From Oikopleura dioica (lineage: Eukaryota > Animalia > Chordata), in the NCBI GenBank assembly GCA_907165135.1, contig OU015566.1:3100001-3164000 (forward strand): a stretch of 64,000 nucleotides of DNA, written 5' to 3'. Shown here one piece after another: positions 39,183 through 52,075 of this stretch (position 1 is the stretch's first letter; each line of letters opens with the position of its first letter). The translations under genes were made by a program, and so were the position numbers. Under the pieces are notes generated by a model. That model worked only from the letters and a program-made list of their open reading frames with translations, searched no databases and was not told the DNA's origin.

Positions 39183-39726
39183 TTGGCTTTGATGGGGCAA
39201 ATCCGAATGATTTCAACACCAAAACCGATTTTTTTGTCTTCTTCTTTTTCAATTGGTCTCACGTGTATAAGATGGAATTAAATCATCAAATGAAATAAAT
39301 TCTAGCTTAAATGCTAGTAACTCTCATCTGTACTGCGATTTCAAATGAGCGGAAGTTCTCAAGAACCTCCGGAACATTTTATTAGAAAGGTTGATTTTCT
39401 TAAAAATATCTACTTGACGCAGCCGGTGGGCCAGATGAGCCAAAGAAGTAAATAACATACTCGACGTTGCCTTATCATATGGCCATATGCGCTTATTGCA
39501 GCTGTCCTCTCGTATTTAAATTGATCAGAACTCGGAATTTCTCATAGAACAGAATCTTTAACTATTTTTTATTGAAAAAATGTCTGGTGATAAATGTGGT
39601 CATGTTCGAGAAAAAATCTCTTGAAGCCTAATAACAATCGATAAGCCAGATAAAGTCCCATTTTTGACAATCAATACCTTCTTCATTTCGTACAACAACC
39701 TTGTATTTCACTCTTAAAAATTTGTT

Positions 39727-40140
39727 ATATCACTTTTTCCGGGCTTATCAGTAATTTAAGGTACTATTTTTATCGACTTCGAGTTTTGAAAATTTCTCTC
39801 CGATCAATTTGGTGGTGAAATCATTGGAAAGGATGCTTTCAAACTCATGATATCATTACTTCCGGTCTTATCAGTACTTATAAGTACCATCTTATCGATC
39901 ATGATTATTGAGAATTTCTTTCTCGTTAATTTGGTGGTGAAATCAGTTCATTAGATGCTCTCAAACTCGAGATATCGCTACTTCCGGTCTTATCAGTACT
40001 TTTTGGTACTTTCTTATCTATTATGATTGCAGAGGAATTCTTTCTGATGAATTTGCTGGTGAAATCACTCCAAAAGATGATCTCAAACTGAAGATATCGC
40101 TTTTTTTCTTCTTATCAGTACTTTAAGGTACTCTTATCGG
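39727..40140 (+). repeat. Degenerate 122-bp tandem array (3.4 units)
   Basis: Units start at about 39727, 39850, 39972 and 40094; conserved blocks ATATC...CTTATCAGTA, AATTTG(G/C)TGGTGAAATCA and GATG..(T/C)TCAAACT. Confidence 0.85.
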
Positions 40141-40232
40141 AAAAATAATGCATTGGAAAATTTTCATTTTTAACGAGGATCATTTTGCGCCCAAGAACTC
40201 CAAAATTGGTCGACTCTATAAAAAGTTATTAG

Positions 40233-41157
40233 AATCCAACCGCAAAAAAAGCGCGTCTAAGAGAGGAAAATAGCTCATTAAAACTTCGGAACGAGCAGCT
40301 GGAATCGCTGAATTCATCGCTGATTGAAGAGAATCATAACATCAAGTACAATCCTCTTTTTGCGTCGCAAAGTTCGATTGATTCGTTTGAGTCGGAAATT
40401 GACGATCAAGATGAGTTCTGGGACTTTGATGAAAAACTTGGGCTTGGAGTCGAGGTACTCTTTTCGGAGGAAAATTTTTCTAAATGAATGCTAGTGCCGC
40501 CGAAAACGCAGAAATGAAGCGCAAAAGCGATGCACTTACTGTACCAAAATCGTCCCGCAAATCACAGAATTCATTTCTCAGACGGGCGAGAATCACGTGA
40601 TCAGACAAAGCCTCTTCTGTGACTCAAAGAATGTGATCTACTTGGCCACGGTTTTGTCCTAGTTTATATTGTCAGGCTTATTTTCAATTCTTTTTAGTGC
40701 AAGAAATGCAATTTGAGCTCTGTCGGATCTTCAATCAACTTCAAAAATCGCCTTCAAAGCTATAAAAGAAATATTCTTGAGCGAATCGGGGACACTGCCT
40801 TTGAAACTCACATGCGTAAAATTCACTCGAGGTCAGACCCTTAATTTTTGAGCTTATCGATGAAGATTTATTAGGGTAAAAGATCCGCTATCGATTGTGG
40901 AAATTGTGCCGATAAGAAAATACGACCCGCGAACGCATAATGCTTCGCATTTGAGGGCACATGAGACACTCTGGATGAATAGGTTAAATACTCTTGAAAA
41001 AGGATTGAACAAAAGAGAGGAGAAATCAATTTGCTCATGTGTTGATTATGAACGCGAGGAATCCCTTATTTTGAATCATTTGGCAAAGTCAGTGCATGAT
41101 ACTCAAAAAGAACCAAGAAGAAGTCCAAGGAATAAAAAATCTGTGAATTATAAATAA
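40233..41157 (+). CDS. Stand-alone PLE-type GIY-YIG domain protein A (YIG motif altered); first exon not located
   Basis: Exons 40233-40454, 40495-40650, 40698-40831 and 40875-41157 splice to ...C..RCTYCTKIVPQITEFISQTGENHVIRQSLFCDSKNVIYLATCKKCNLSSVGSSINFKNRLQSY...RAHETLWMNRLNTLEKGLNKREEKSICSC... Confidence 0.85.
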
Positions 41158-42019
41158 ATCAAATGTTCAAATATTTGTCTCTTCTTTTTTTGTAAAGCAT
41201 TGTTGCTGTAAAAGATATTCTGCATGTAGATGCTGAGAATAAATTAAGGGAATCGCTTAACTCCGCAACTGGAGCTCGACATTTTTTTTCTCGATAAGGC
41301 CCGCTGTCATTATTGACTGAGATTTCGGAACGGAAAATAAAGTGTAATATAGAGTATTTGCACTGACCTTCCGCACCCTTAGCCAAAAGTAAGTCGCGCT
41401 AATCCCTCTCGGTGGGGGTTGGCACCGAAAACTGTCAGTAAAATCAGACGTGTTTTAGGAGGAAACTTTCTTATAACATTTTTATCCTGATGATATATCT
41501 GCATTTATGACCTGAAAACATCTCTTTATAGGTTTTCGAACATGCAGATTTCGAAAATTTCATTAAAATAACGAAACTCCGACCTTTTTTTGGAGACAGT
41601 CGTTAGAATTTGAGCGAGATATAGCTGAAATAGGGACAAACTAAAAACGCCATGTGAAAAACACATTTAAATTAGTGTGTCCACGAAGATTCAGAAAATT
41701 ATCTCGACGGGAAGGTCTTTTCCACAAAAATTGTCGAGCTCGAGTTGGGAAGTTCTCGGGGCGCGCTCCACTTGGGGAGTTAATAAAAGCACGAATTCAA
41801 TTTGCGAAAAAAAAGGAAACTGCCGCGCTGTATACTGATCCGTCATTTTCCTTTTTAATCGATAAACTTCGACTCTCTCGCGCTACGATTTATACTAGTT
41901 TGAAAAGTGAAACATTCAGGGACATATTGAGAGAAAAAGATGCCGCTTCTTTTTAATAGTTTTTCATATTTCTGTATAATTGTACACTAAAATTCGTTTA
42001 ACCCCTTCAAATTAAGAAA

Positions 42020-42955
42020 ATGTCGGCGAGCAACGAAAACAATGAGCAGGAACCCATGAAGCAAGTGATATGGGAAATTGAAGATTGGTTTGGGAAAATA
42101 CGTTTTACAGCAGAAGTGAAAGGCGTTATCGTGAGTTAAACAAAATTTTTATTTTCCGATAAAATTATAAATCGACTGCTTAATTTTAATTTATAAAGTG
42201 CCGTAACCCATGGGAAGTTCCAGGAAAAGAACTTTGTACTTATTGCAAAGATTTTGTGCCACAAATCAAAGAATTCATTGTTGACTCGACAGGCGATACT
42301 TACAGACTCACGCAAAATCTTGCTTGCGACCATACTGATGTAGTCTACTACGCTCGGGTTTGTTCAATCATATGATTAATAATAACTTTATCTTAATTTC
42401 TAGTGCAAGCCTTGCAAAAAAGGTTATGTCGGTTTCACGACCGACATGAAATCAAGGCTTGCCGGATACAAGTCAAACATTGTTGCACGACTTGGTCGAA
42501 CAGCAATTGAGAAACACCTGCGTGAGAAACATGCTGAGTAAGTTGAAATAATTATTGAAATGAAAAATATTATTAATTACTATATATTATTATCTTGTTA
42601 CAAAATGTATTGATAAGGTGATTTTTTAAGTTCCGAAAACCCATTAGATCTTTTTGAGATCTTTCCTTTCATTCATTACAAGAAGCACGAAAAGATTTCT
42701 GAGTACAAGGCGCACGAGTCCCTTTGGATGCAACGATTCAAAACGCTGGCAAGAAATGGCGGCGGATTGAATATGCGGCTTGAGAAGGGTACCTGTTCCT
42801 GTCCTGAATATGTTGCTGAGCAGACCCTTCTCTGGGAAATGCAGCAAAAAGAGGAGCCGGAAAAAAACGAGAAGCCAAAAGACGAGAAGAAGAAAAACAA
42901 GCCAAAGAAAGCCAAACAAACAAAAAAATCAGCAAGAAAAACAAAGAAGAAGTAA
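42020..42955 (+). CDS. Stand-alone PLE-type GIY-YIG endonuclease B (motifs intact)
   Basis: Exons 42020-42130, 42199-42357, 42404-42537 and 42631-42955 splice to ...C..LCTYCKDFVPQIKEFIVDSTGDTYRLTQNLACDHTDVVYYARCKPCKKGYVGFTTDMKSRLAGY...KAHESLWMQRFKTLARNGGGLNMRLEKGTCSC... plus a Lys-rich tail. Confidence 0.88.
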
Positions 42956-43330
42956 AAATATCATCAACTGCATCTCCATTTATCATTGTGGACTTTAGAA
43001 TTCCGTGTTTTATTTGTCTGTAAAATCTCTTTGCAAAATAAGGGCGATTTTTTCGTCTTTAAAATAAAAATAATTGAAGAACTTTGATCGTTTATTTATA
43101 ATTGTTTGACTGTAATATTACAGAATAAATTTAAGTTTTCAGGTCTGACAATGTTTTCAGGAGCAAGAAAAGAGATTCTTCAAAGAGGGATCGAAAGTTA
43201 AGAGGGGAGCATAAGTTTACTTATTCAAAGAAAGCACCGCTTTTTGATACAACTTAGTTTTGGGCATGTTTCGTTCCACCACGGAAAAGAGTTTAAATAA
43301 TCATTTTACAAAAGAAAAAAGAGAGAGTCT

Positions 43331-44644
43331 TCAGTAGAAAACATGATCATTCGCCGGCGCCGGTATCTTTTCCGGAAGAAACGCCGGGAGCGGAGATCCC
43401 TCTCCAGTCGGAGAGATCAATTCAGGGTTGACGCAGAGAAGTCGGTAGTTTTCGCCGTCGTTGTTGTCCCAGAACTCGGTGTCGTTGGCGGCGTAGCAGA
43501 TGCAGAACTCGATTGTTTTCGTGGAATCGTAGTTTTTCGGGATCGAAGTGGTGAATTTGAACGTATTTGTCCTGAAAGAAAAGGTCAGTTTTGACAGGTT
43601 AAAAGATAAGGATGTCTCTGTAATCTAAAGCGCTACAAGCTGCTCGACAATCTGGTTACCGCCCCTTTTGAATTTTTGTCTCTCTAAAAATTGGAATTCC
43701 AAATTTGACAGTTAGACTCAATTTGAAAACGTGGTTCTATCGAATCAGATAAAGCCATAATATTTAAGAGCGCTTGTTTAGATAAGCAAAGACATCAAGG
43801 CTGGGGATTTATTTACCATTCTCCTTCGTAAGCGTTTCGAATATAAGTCGCCTCCACATCGCTGAACGTCTCCCAGCCATCGAATGAGATACGGACTGTC
43901 ACGTTCTTTTCAAACGCGATGTTTTTAACCTTAATTTTCATTTTGGAAATTTGGCTCAAAAGATGAAATTTTACCTTTATAGTGCCAAGAATTGTGCGGT
44001 GTCGAATAACCATGTTTTCTAGGGAGACGTTTTGCTCATCAACTTTTCTCTAAAAACAAGTAAAGAAGGAGTGCCGCGAAATTAAGGGTGTATACCTTGA
44101 ATTTTAAATAATCCGACATTGGTTGAGGAAAGCAGATTTCAAAAGTCTTCGGCCTCGGAGTGGTCTCAGAAGGAATCGCCAATCTGAGTCGCTCTAGAAC
44201 TGCTTTTTCGGAAGGTCGGGGGAGGCTTGGTTCGTCGGGTTTCTCTGTGAAGATTTTTTCTGAACGAGAACTTGAAGGAGGAAGAGAAGGGGGAGTGGCT
44301 TACCTTTGCAAAGTGGTTTTCCGTGGTCGTCAGCAAACGTGACTTTTCGCTCCTTCGTTGTTTTACTTTTTCTAATTGGTTTTGGCTTTGATTGTTGGGT
44401 GTTTAGCGCCATCTGGATCTGGAGGAAAAGGTTGAAAATGAAAAAGGAGGATCAGAAAACTTACGGTATTGTACAGCTGTGTTGCTTTGGCGCTAGGAGA
44501 AGGAGCAAAAGATTTGGTCCTTGGAAGATGTCGATGGCGCTGGGGCTTGTTGTCGAGAAGGGACGGACTGAGGTCGAACATCGACGCGGTTAACGCCTTC
44601 CATTCGGGCGAGTGCGAGATGAAACACGCTACGTCGGCGGGCAT
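43331..44644 (-). CDS. PPP1R3: Protein phosphatase 1 glycogen-targeting regulatory subunit (PPP1R3 family, CBM21)
   Basis: RVxF motif RKVTFADD; FPQPMSDYLKF, GTIKVKNIAFEKNVTVRISFDGW, IEFCICY...FWDNNDGENY. Confidence 0.92.
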
Positions 44645-47600
44645 CTTTTCGCTCCTGAAAATATCCTTGAAAATTGCAATACAACAGAATCAAAATTACT
44701 CATTTATTCAAATTTTAGCGCCTTTTATCGATGTTTTTTGACATCCCAACTAATAAAAGAAGATTAAAAATAAAAATAAATTCAATTCTTTTACGTAACA
44801 GGTCGGCAAATTCTAGAAAAATGCAAAAAGAAAGTCTTTTTTTGATGAAGATTCGAGTTTTTCTGATGATTCATCATCAAATCCTAAAAAAACCAGCCAC
44901 TTAGTCGTAGCAAAGTGCTAGCTCCGTGGTATAATTAAAACGCATCTGTAGAAAAAATGCTTGTCGCGCTAGAACTTGACTTCTTTTTAGAGAGGATAAC
45001 GTCGCCTTAGGAGCTGAGAAGCTATCTCTCTTTTGCGACACGTTTTTGATTCGTTCACGTTACTTTTGAGCGCAAGCGGGTTATTTATGGACAATCATCA
45101 TAATTAGTCTTGCCGTCCTTCATTCCAAAAAAGAGGTCTAAAATTGGAAGATATTGTAACTGGAAAAAGGGGGTGGGGCGATTCTTTGAACCGCCCGGTT
45201 AGAGCTTATGAAATCAGTTTTTAGCAACAACAAGAAGTTATTTTAAGGGAAATAATTCAAATTATCAAATACGTTCTCCAATAAAAGATGAACAAATTTT
45301 CAATTATCGATAATCAAAATGTAATGAGACGATAATTGTCCAAAAATTCGATGATTTTGTACATTTTAAACGATAAAAGGGGTATTTTAATGGAGAATGT
45401 TTATATTTCAATGACTTTAAATGCCTTGATTAGGGGATTTTTTGGCCGTAAAATTTGAAAATTAAGGGTTTACCTGTCGAAGTATTTAATTTTGCCTGAT
45501 TTTTATGAACCCTCTTTAAAATAAGCTCTCTCTTTTTTCAGATATACTTTTGGAGAATGCCTCCTTATATCTTTTTTTTTCTCTTGATTTTCGTCTGTAA
45601 AAGCTTATATTTTTCAATTTTTTACGCTTTTACTTGATCAGTTTTCGGGTCAAAACTCGTAACTGTCAAAAAATCAGCGTCTAAAAAGCGTCTTTTCAGT
45701 AAAGCGGAAAGAGAGAGAGAGCGATTTTCGCGTTCCTGGCTTGTTCCAGGGTCGAGATTTGGTGGCGCCCGCGGGTAAAACCAGAACCGTCATGAAACAA
45801 GTGCTAATTACGGGACCCCGTAAACAGGAAAATAAATTGTGGAGTGCTCTTTCACCGAGACCAATTAGAAATTAATGTTTTAAGAAAGTCATTTGAATTT
45901 TAATAATATAGAATTTTTTTTAAAAATTAGATTTGCTTTTCGATGAAAAAAAAAGAATTTAATTTTTGAGCACAAAAAATATATTTTTGAATTTTGTTGC
46001 AAAAATAAATAAAAAGAGCTTTTTCGAATAAAAAAGCCATGAAAAGATAATTTTAATAAAAAATCAAGAAAAAAATAATTTACCTCAAAGACTGAACTTT
46101 CGCCATTTTCAATAAAAATTCTCTTTTTCTCTCCGAACGAAAAAATAAACAGCCGTTTACGGTATGATAAAATCTCGCTTTGAGAAATGAACTTTGAAAG
46201 AACTCAAAAAACCTCAAAAATTTCACAAAATTAAGCGTGGCGTCATTTTCCGATTTTCATCGCGCGTACAAGTGTTTCGAACTTTGGCGGGAAGGGCAGA
46301 ATCGAGGGCGTGAATCAACCCTCTGGGCAAAATTTTTGAAAGGAGAAATTTTGAATTTGACGATTTAGGGACTTACAGAGGTATTCTCATTTTTCGTCAA
46401 AAACAAAGTTTTTCTTTTTCAGTAAATCTCTTAGGAACCGATTTGATCTCTATGGATTGGTTGTAAAAATGGTCAAAATCATTGAAGTCATTTTGAAGTA
46501 CGTTTTAAAATCATTAAATTGTTTGAGTGAAAGCGGGGCCCAGGGCTGGCTAGTGGCCAAACTGCGGCTTGCCCGGGACCCAAGGGCAGCAAATAATTGT
46601 CAAGTGATTAGGACCCACTCCAACGCAATTTTCTGAGAAGCTAGGTCTCTTTCTTAGTATAAGAAAATAATTTTTTTTTATTTTTTTAGTCAATCAAATT
46701 TTGTAAATTCATTTTTGAGTCAATAAAAAAAAGAAATTTTCTGATAAACTTTTAAATTTACCTTTTGTTTAGAAAATAATATTGATGCGTTTTCTTGAAT
46801 CGGGTGATTTTTCTTATTACTGATATTTTTTCTCGCAAATCAAAATGGAAAAAAACAAATGACTAAAGGAAATGATCCCCTTGAAAATCAAATCCCAAGT
46901 GGCCACTTGTTGGCGCTTGGCCCACGTCAGGCCCGATTGGAATCACACATGCGTGCCTGCTGATTGTTATGTAACCAGCAGGCGGCGCACCTGTGTCCGC
47001 GAAATTTGAAATTATTTCTCTCAGAAGCAATGCAATTTTTTCAACCCTATCCATCTTACGGTCTCTAACCGCACCAGAAAATAGTTAAAACAGACCATTT
47101 TGTTGATTCTGAATTACCATTGTGAGACCCTTAAAAATAATGCTCATTTTTTAGTTCATAAAAATTGAATTTTCTTCAAAATGAAATATAAGTCAGTGAA
47201 ACCCTTAAATTTTTGTATCAATCAAAGAAAGGCGATTATATAAAATGATCCGTCAATTTTTTTCGGGGAGACCCTTAATTTGGGAAATTTTTATAGGAGA
47301 TTTTTTTCTTTGAAATCAAGGAAGACTACTCCCGGAAACCCCCCTTTTCGACGCCAAAATTTTTACCTGCTAATTCTCCTAACTCTTCTGTTTCTGATTG
47401 GTTTTGGTCCAACTCCAACAGAATGCGGCATTCTCTCTCTTTTAGATTTTCGTTGTTGAAGAAAAGGGAAGAGAGGGGATGATCCGATTTTATCGATTTT
47501 GATTAAAAGCTTCGTGCGACAACTGAAACAGGATTTTGGTCCAAAATCTTCTCTTTGATTTTCAGCTCATTCGACACGAATCTCACTTGTCTGAAAATGC

Positions 47601-48420
47601 ATTCTTGTAATTACGAGAAACGGTCGTAAATGATGATAATGACGAGGGGTTAAAAAGAATGAATTGAGTTCGAAATTTTGGGATTTTCAACCAAGCAGCT
47701 CAGTTTTGCAAAGCTCGAAAACCTGGGTCAGGGTTTGAAATATCTCTTTTGAAAAGCCGCGAAGTTAAAGTAAATTTTGCAGACCTTCAATATTCTAAGT
47801 AAGCGGCGAGTTTGGAAAGTAGACAATCTCTGACTTAGTGAACAATATAAAAAAAAACGATCGAACGATGATTTCAACATGCTCTCAAGTTGAAATTTAG
47901 AGTGCCTCACGCCTATTTTGCGTGCTGCTCCAATTTCGCCAGATCCTGATTTCTCTCTTCAGACAAGTTACGTAACTACTCTTGAAGATTAGCACAGCCT
48001 GGAAGAAGAAAAATAGGCCATAAAAATCAAGAAGCTGACAAAATTTTTAAACATTGTTTCAGCGAAATCAGCGAAAAAACGAGTGGGTCTATTAATTCCT
48101 GAAAAGATGAGGAAAAGAATAATATTTTTGAACTGATCACGCGCCGGCTGCGTGATCTGGTGGAGGTGCGCCGCTGAACTTAGAAAACGAGCATCATTCG
48201 GAAGAAAACTGTCAAAACAGAATATTTTGGTAGCGGAACATAGCGGCTTTCAAAATTTCTTTCTAACGATAGTGACACCCTTATTTTTGAAGCCGAGTAT
48301 TTCTTGATTTTCAATTCTAATTTTGATTTTTGATTAAGAAAACTTCTCAAAAAAGGGAGCCGCATGCGGCTTCGAATCATTAAGAAAAATAAGCCGCGCT
48401 TTGTGCGGCTTTTTCATTTT

Positions 48421-50560
48421 TCAATTACATAATTCCCTGATTTTTAACATCTTTTTCAACCGGCTCGAACCGGTCACAACTTTCTTCTTCATGTAAAAAC
48501 GCTGATCTCTGGCTGATTTTTTCTCAAACGAAACACACCCCGTTTTTCTCTCTTTCAATAATGAAAAGCCTGGACAAATCACGCAGCTTCTGCGTGCTTC
48601 TCGGATGATCTCTCTTTTTGAGCTTTTCTTTCCTTTGTTGGATTCATTATCGATTTTATGGAGGAGTAAACAGAAAATGGCGAGTTTTAACGATTCGAAA
48701 ATATCATAAATTTTCTTGCGACGATCATCATCATAAAGACCGTTTTTGATTTCTAAGCGGAAAAAGGGAGAATAAAACAAGAGTTCAAATTCGTTATTCT
48801 GTTTTTATCCAATAAAGTGCTCTAGAGCTATTTTTCTTTTTCGGGATTGTGAAGAGGGATAGTCATTTAAAACTGTTGCAAGTTTGAAAAATAGAATTGC
48901 GCCTTAGGCGATGATAGTACGACTGAAATGACCTCGATAAAGGTTCAACGAAGTGTTGGGTTTACGAAATTTCGACAACACTATCGACATCCTTAGGTTA
49001 AACTAAATTAGGGGATGGTCTTATCGGAATCAAAAAATAATCAAAACTATTTATCCATTTTCTTATTTTTAAACTTTATTTTCGGAAGCAAAAGTAAAAC
49101 AGTCAAATAGAATATTTCAATATCTTTCTAATTTGTTTGAAGAGGTCCTTCGGATCACTCTGAATTAACTGTTCTCAATTTCCGGTTTCTGAAAGGATCC
49201 TTACCTTCAATGTACTCTTCCTTGATTTCAACTTCATTTTCACCATCAAGAGTATGAACAGAACAGTGTTCTGGGTGGTCGTTTTGAAAGACGATTTTTC
49301 CCAGGCTCTAAAAGATAGGTCAGAATTCTTCCGTCTAACCGAGAAAATTACCTCGCACTTCTCGATTTTCACCTCGACAGTTTCTTCATTATCGTCTTTT
49401 AGAAAAGCAGTCTCAGATTCTTGAAGTCCAACAGGTTTTTCACCACATGCAACTGGGCCGAAATCTTCAAACTGGCCAGGTTTTTCCGGGTTTTCAAACA
49501 GACAATCTTGAGGAGGACAAGTTTCGTTGCCGATAAACTCCAACAATGGCAGTTTTCTTTTCAGAGAAGCAGGATTTTCTGAAGGCAAATCATCATCATA
49601 GATTTCTTAAGCAAAAAAGGCTTACTTTTCTTGGGAATCGGGTTTAACCAGGGCTGCCAAAGATCCGAATTTCTTGGAGCTTTCGGAGCTGATTCATCGT
49701 TTTGCAGTTTTTTCTGCTGAATTGCGATGATTTTCGACTTTTTGGGCGTGAAAATCAAAATCTTTCCAACTGGATTATCTTCCCATTGAATACCAGCATC
49801 TTTTTTCGCCAGTTCTTGTTCGTTGTTCGTTTTTTGTTCTGCTTCTTTGGCATTTTTAGGGACTGTCAGGTCGATTGGCTCTTCGTTGATTTCAGCAACA
49901 GGGACTGGTTTTAGTCTTTTCTTCCTCGAATTTATCATTTTGAGATGCTCTTCTGCTAGCTGTTGCCTTTTTTGAACAGTAAGGTTGCTTCTTGTTTTAA
50001 CATGCTCATTTTTGTTTGCCTGAAGTTTTCTCTAGAATAGAAAGTGAGAATTTTTTCCGAAAAAGGCTTCTTACCCTTTTTGGCATGTAAACTCTCATGA
50101 TGTCTTTGATGTATCCTTTTTCGCAGAAATTTTTGATCAGCTTCGTCAAGTCTTCCGCTTTCGTCGCGCAATGATCCCAGGATGTCGCTTCGAAGTGCTC
50201 GTACAGGTTTGGAAAGACCAATTGGTAAAACTCCTTGATCGCGATTTTTCGAAAGTCGCCATAGTGATTTTTTCCGACGCCTTCTCGTTTTCGCTGTTGT
50301 AGAATTCCTTGTTCAAAATTGAAAGAAAACCAAAATTAATAATTTTAAAATACCTAGTGCTTTTATGACGAGTTGAGATTCCTGCTCAAAATTGAGGGGT
50401 AGTTGCTTTAGTTCATCTGATTTTTTCGCGTTTTCGCTGTTTTTGCTCTTTGGCGAAGACATTTTCTTGAATCTGCTTTCTGGAATCAACTTTTTGACAA
50501 TAAATTCTCTTCTTCTAGAGATCTGCAACTGCATGGAAAATGCTATTTTCTAGAGATCTA
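48421..50560 (-). CDS. Uncharacterised, probably nuclear protein(s); may be more than one gene; ends approximate
   Basis: Several open exons, basic NLS-like runs, a PIDLT (PxDLS-like) motif and a RRSCVIC segment. Family not recognised. Confidence 0.35.
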
Positions 50561-50799
50561 TCGTAAAAACATGTAATTTTCATCTGTTTTTGCGTTTTTA
50601 GGAGTATTTTTTTTCAAAGCTCTATTTTTCAGTTTACTTTTCTTCTTTATTTACAGACAATAAACAGTTTTTAAACATGATAACCAATGCTCGTCTTCAC
50701 CAGCGTAAAATCATCTGCTTTCTCAGCAACAATCGAGTCCTCATATCTTCTCTCTCCCCACGGAAAGCTCTTCGGAAAAATATCCGAGTAATTCGGGGG

Positions 50800-52075
50800 G
50801 CATTCGCCGAGATGAACAGGTCTCAAAATCGGGCCATTTGTTGGTGAGAATCGAAAAGAATCGTTCGCGGAAATCGAGTAGATTCCTGTTGATGCAGTGT
50901 TTTGAGCGGCGATTTCGTCAATGTCGAGAATTTGGAGGCCGGGTTGGACGCGGTTTCGGACGATCCAGGAATCAGTCGTCTTGGAATTTTTTTAAGTTTT
51001 GAAAATTAAAAGTCAAATTCGAGTTAAAATATTGCAAAAAAAATCTCTGAAATTTGATTTTTTTTTTACCTTGAGTTTTCTTTTCTCCTCCTCGGCCTGT
51101 TTGACCGAAAGAAGCCAGTTGCCCCCGACTAAGAATGGAATTGTCGTGCAAAAAAGACCAAAGGCTCCCGCAATTTCACATAGAAGTACCAAAATCGCAA
51201 ATTGACTTTCATCAAGCAAAATGAAAACGGCAACTAGGGCGCAATCGATGACAAAGAGGGCGCCGGAACAAATTGCTAAAAGGAAAAGGTTAGTTTTAAT
51301 TGATCTTTGATGTCTTTTTGGCGTGTACCTGTTAGGATGGCGAAGGCGAATTGCATGCGGACGAGGGTGATTGAAAGATTGCAGCACCACATGGTGACGC
51401 AAATGAAGACCAGGAAGATGTCTGAAGGAAGAAGTTAAGGATTGAAGATGGCCCATCTTAGATGGGAGATAGGGAGCTGATGAAAAATACTCCCATTAAA
51501 ATCCATATGTAATCCTTGTATGATATTCATGAATCCGTGGCAGATGTGACCACGTGACTCTGGCCGCGAGCTGTCAAGGGTATCATCAGGCCATCGATTT
51601 ATGCGTTTTTGGAATTAATCTGATTACAGAGCGAGCATTTTTTGGCAGAGCGAAGAAATAAACTAATTTTCATCTTGATCTGCGATGGTTTATTTGGCTT
51701 TTTCAGCGGTAGGGGCATAATGTCTTTTTTATAGAAATTAAATATGGATAAAAGCTGAAGATCTCAGATCGCTAAGGACGATCTTCGGCGAAATAAAAGA
51801 GATTTTAAAAGGTATATATGAATGATTCTATATCCTCTTTTAGCTCTATGTTCATTTTTCTTACCTAAAAACGGTCCAGTAAAACCGCCAAGAGCAAAAG
51901 TACTCGATTTCTTATAAATAAAGATTCCCTGCGTCGCCAAAACCACCATCGAGCTGATCATATTTATGACCAAGACGATGCCCACGTGACAAGAAAGTCC
52001 AAACAGCCCACATCGCATCTCAAATTTGCTTCCTTTCCATTTTGGTCCGATTGGTCTTTGTTCGTTGACATTCAT
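50800..52075 (-). CDS. Small multi-pass membrane protein (about 4 TM); 3' end approximate
   Basis: Hydrophobic exons VGIVLVINMISSMVVLA, DIFLVFICVTMW, LFLLAICSGALFVIDCALVAVFIL and FAILVLLCEIAGAFGLF. Confidence 0.5.

Noticed and set aside
40038-40078. CUGAUGA...GAAA hammerhead-like core in unit 3 of the 122-bp array
   Set aside because: Stem II is only A-U/G-U pairs, stem I cannot close next to the cleavage site, and the other units lack the core.
40495-42537. Selenocysteine recoding in the GIY-YIG Cys motifs, as reported for some PLE clades
   Set aside because: All Cys positions are TGC/TGT; no in-frame TGA.
46863-47054. 63-aa ORF with an FADTGA aspartic-protease-like motif
   Set aside because: Too short, lacks the flap and GRD motifs, and has no gag/pol context.
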